NCBI GenBank assembly: GCA_965249835.1
Contig: CBDFMY010000003.1
Location: 358,286 to 422,285 of the forward strand
DNA from: Candidatus Poriferihabitaceae bacterium
GTDB lineage: Bacteria; Pseudomonadota; Gammaproteobacteria; Arenicellales; Poriferihabitantaceae
Reading direction: 5' to 3'
DNA length: 64,000 nt
Position numbers and translations under genes: made by a program. How positions within the stretch are numbered: position 1 is the stretch's first letter; each line of letters begins with the position of its first letter. Below are positions 63,383 to 64,000 of this stretch, in pieces. Under the pieces are notes generated by a model. That model was given only the letters and a program-made list of their open reading frames with translations, did not search any database and was not told the origin of the DNA.

Positions 63383-63568
63383 GAACCCGGACATAGGCTT
63401 GATTTATGCAAAGGTCTCGCGTATAATGAACGATTCAATCGCACCATTCAGGAGGAGTTTGTGGACTACCGAGAAGACCTGTTGCTCGACGACCTGCCGG
63501 GCTTCAACGACCATCTACTGGGATATTTACAACGCTATAACGGCGAACGTCCGCACTACGGACTGTGA
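63371..63568 (+). pseudogene. rve transposase 3' fragment (the target into which the 62020-63382 IS inserted)
   Basis: NERFNRTIQEEFVDY...YNGERPHYGL, followed by an IS-end-like tttgtccagtatgtggtggca. Confidence 0.7.
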
Positions 63569-63715
63569 ACTACCTGACCCCCTGTCAATCCATTGCCAAA
63601 CTTTTGCCCGATTTGTCCAGTATGTGGTGGCATCATACACAATCTGGACAATTTTTCTGATATGATGACGACAAGTTACGTGGGGATGTGACCAAAACCA
63701 ATCAAACGAGGGCAA

Positions 63716-64000
63716 ATGAAAAACACATTGAAAATTTTAAGCGCGGTCGTTTTTGCGGTAGCGATAAGTAACACGGCCATTTTGTCTTTAAGCCCTACGA
63801 TTGTGTTTGGGCACATGCTTAACGATTCTCATGGTAATGAACAATATCATGGTGAAGTAGTAAACGCAGATGAAGGTCCGCATTTTCACAAGCACAGAGA
63901 TGATAAATGGCATACAGTCGACCCTAATGATCCAACTCTAGATAGTTGTGTTTACAGGAGTATGGGCGATAATCTTAGGGAACTTAGAGAATATCTTATT
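63716..64000 (+). CDS. hypothetical secreted protein, 3'-truncated by the window edge
   Basis: My own translation from ATG 63716 gives MKNTLKILSAVVFAVAISNTAILSLSPTIVFGHMLNDSHGNEQYHGEVVNADEGPHFHKHRDDKWHTVDPNDP..., with no stop through nt 64000. AT-rich. Not in the ORF track because it is open-ended. Confidence 0.5.
   Translation, partial: MKNTLKILSAVVFAVAISNTAILSLSPTIVFGHMLNDSHGNEQYHGEVVNADEGPHFHKHRDDKWHTVDPNDPTLDSCVYRSMGDNLRELREYLI

Overview
This 64 kb window looks like chromosomal DNA from a moderately GC-rich, gammaproteobacterium-like genome (a judgement from gene content and by-eye composition; nothing was computed). Most of it is housekeeping: mnmA, purB, pyrD, a DUF971-ubiE-ubiJ-ubiB operon, hemB, cysQ, zapE, metA, uppP, nhaB, proS, cspA-like, moaC/moeA, msrB, cca, trhO, nadA, and nadD-rsfS-rlmH-maf.

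Three visibly AT-richer or mobile segments interrupt this backbone:
1. About 6.4-11.8 kb: IS30/rve relics, a porin 5' fragment, an STAND/Arch-type AAA ATPase, an XRE regulator, and a trimeric autotransporter adhesin with near-perfect 42-bp tandem repeats.
2. About 18.3-22.5 kb: a four-gene restriction-modification-like cassette. It holds a small acidic ORF, a beta-class methyltransferase fused to a RadC-type HhH domain, a Dam-class methyltransferase, and a 410-aa PD-(D/E)xK protein. It sits directly upstream of the ubi operon and is capped by an IS1595-family element with an 8-bp target duplication.
3. About 59.6-63.7 kb: an IS graveyard with a frameshifted IS4-family gene, an IS30 3' remnant, two rve fragments, and one intact rve-type IS flanked by a 17-bp direct repeat.

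At least eight intergenic loci carry a modular, mosaic repeat system. Its modules are dRS3-like hairpins, a 24-nt perfect hairpin, terminator-like hairpins, and a ~125-bp unit that is tandemly triplicated. The architecture is reminiscent of Neisseria NIMEs.

Several unusual gene fusions stand out:
- an RlmJ-like methyltransferase-fold domain fused in frame to MoeA
- a divergent adenylate-kinase-like protein with a Cys4 lid and a ~130-aa histone-H1-like Lys/Ala tail
- a GNAT-NUDIX fusion

I recognised no rRNA or tRNA genes and no CRISPR array. All homology calls come from reading the supplied translations against remembered family motifs. No database search was run.
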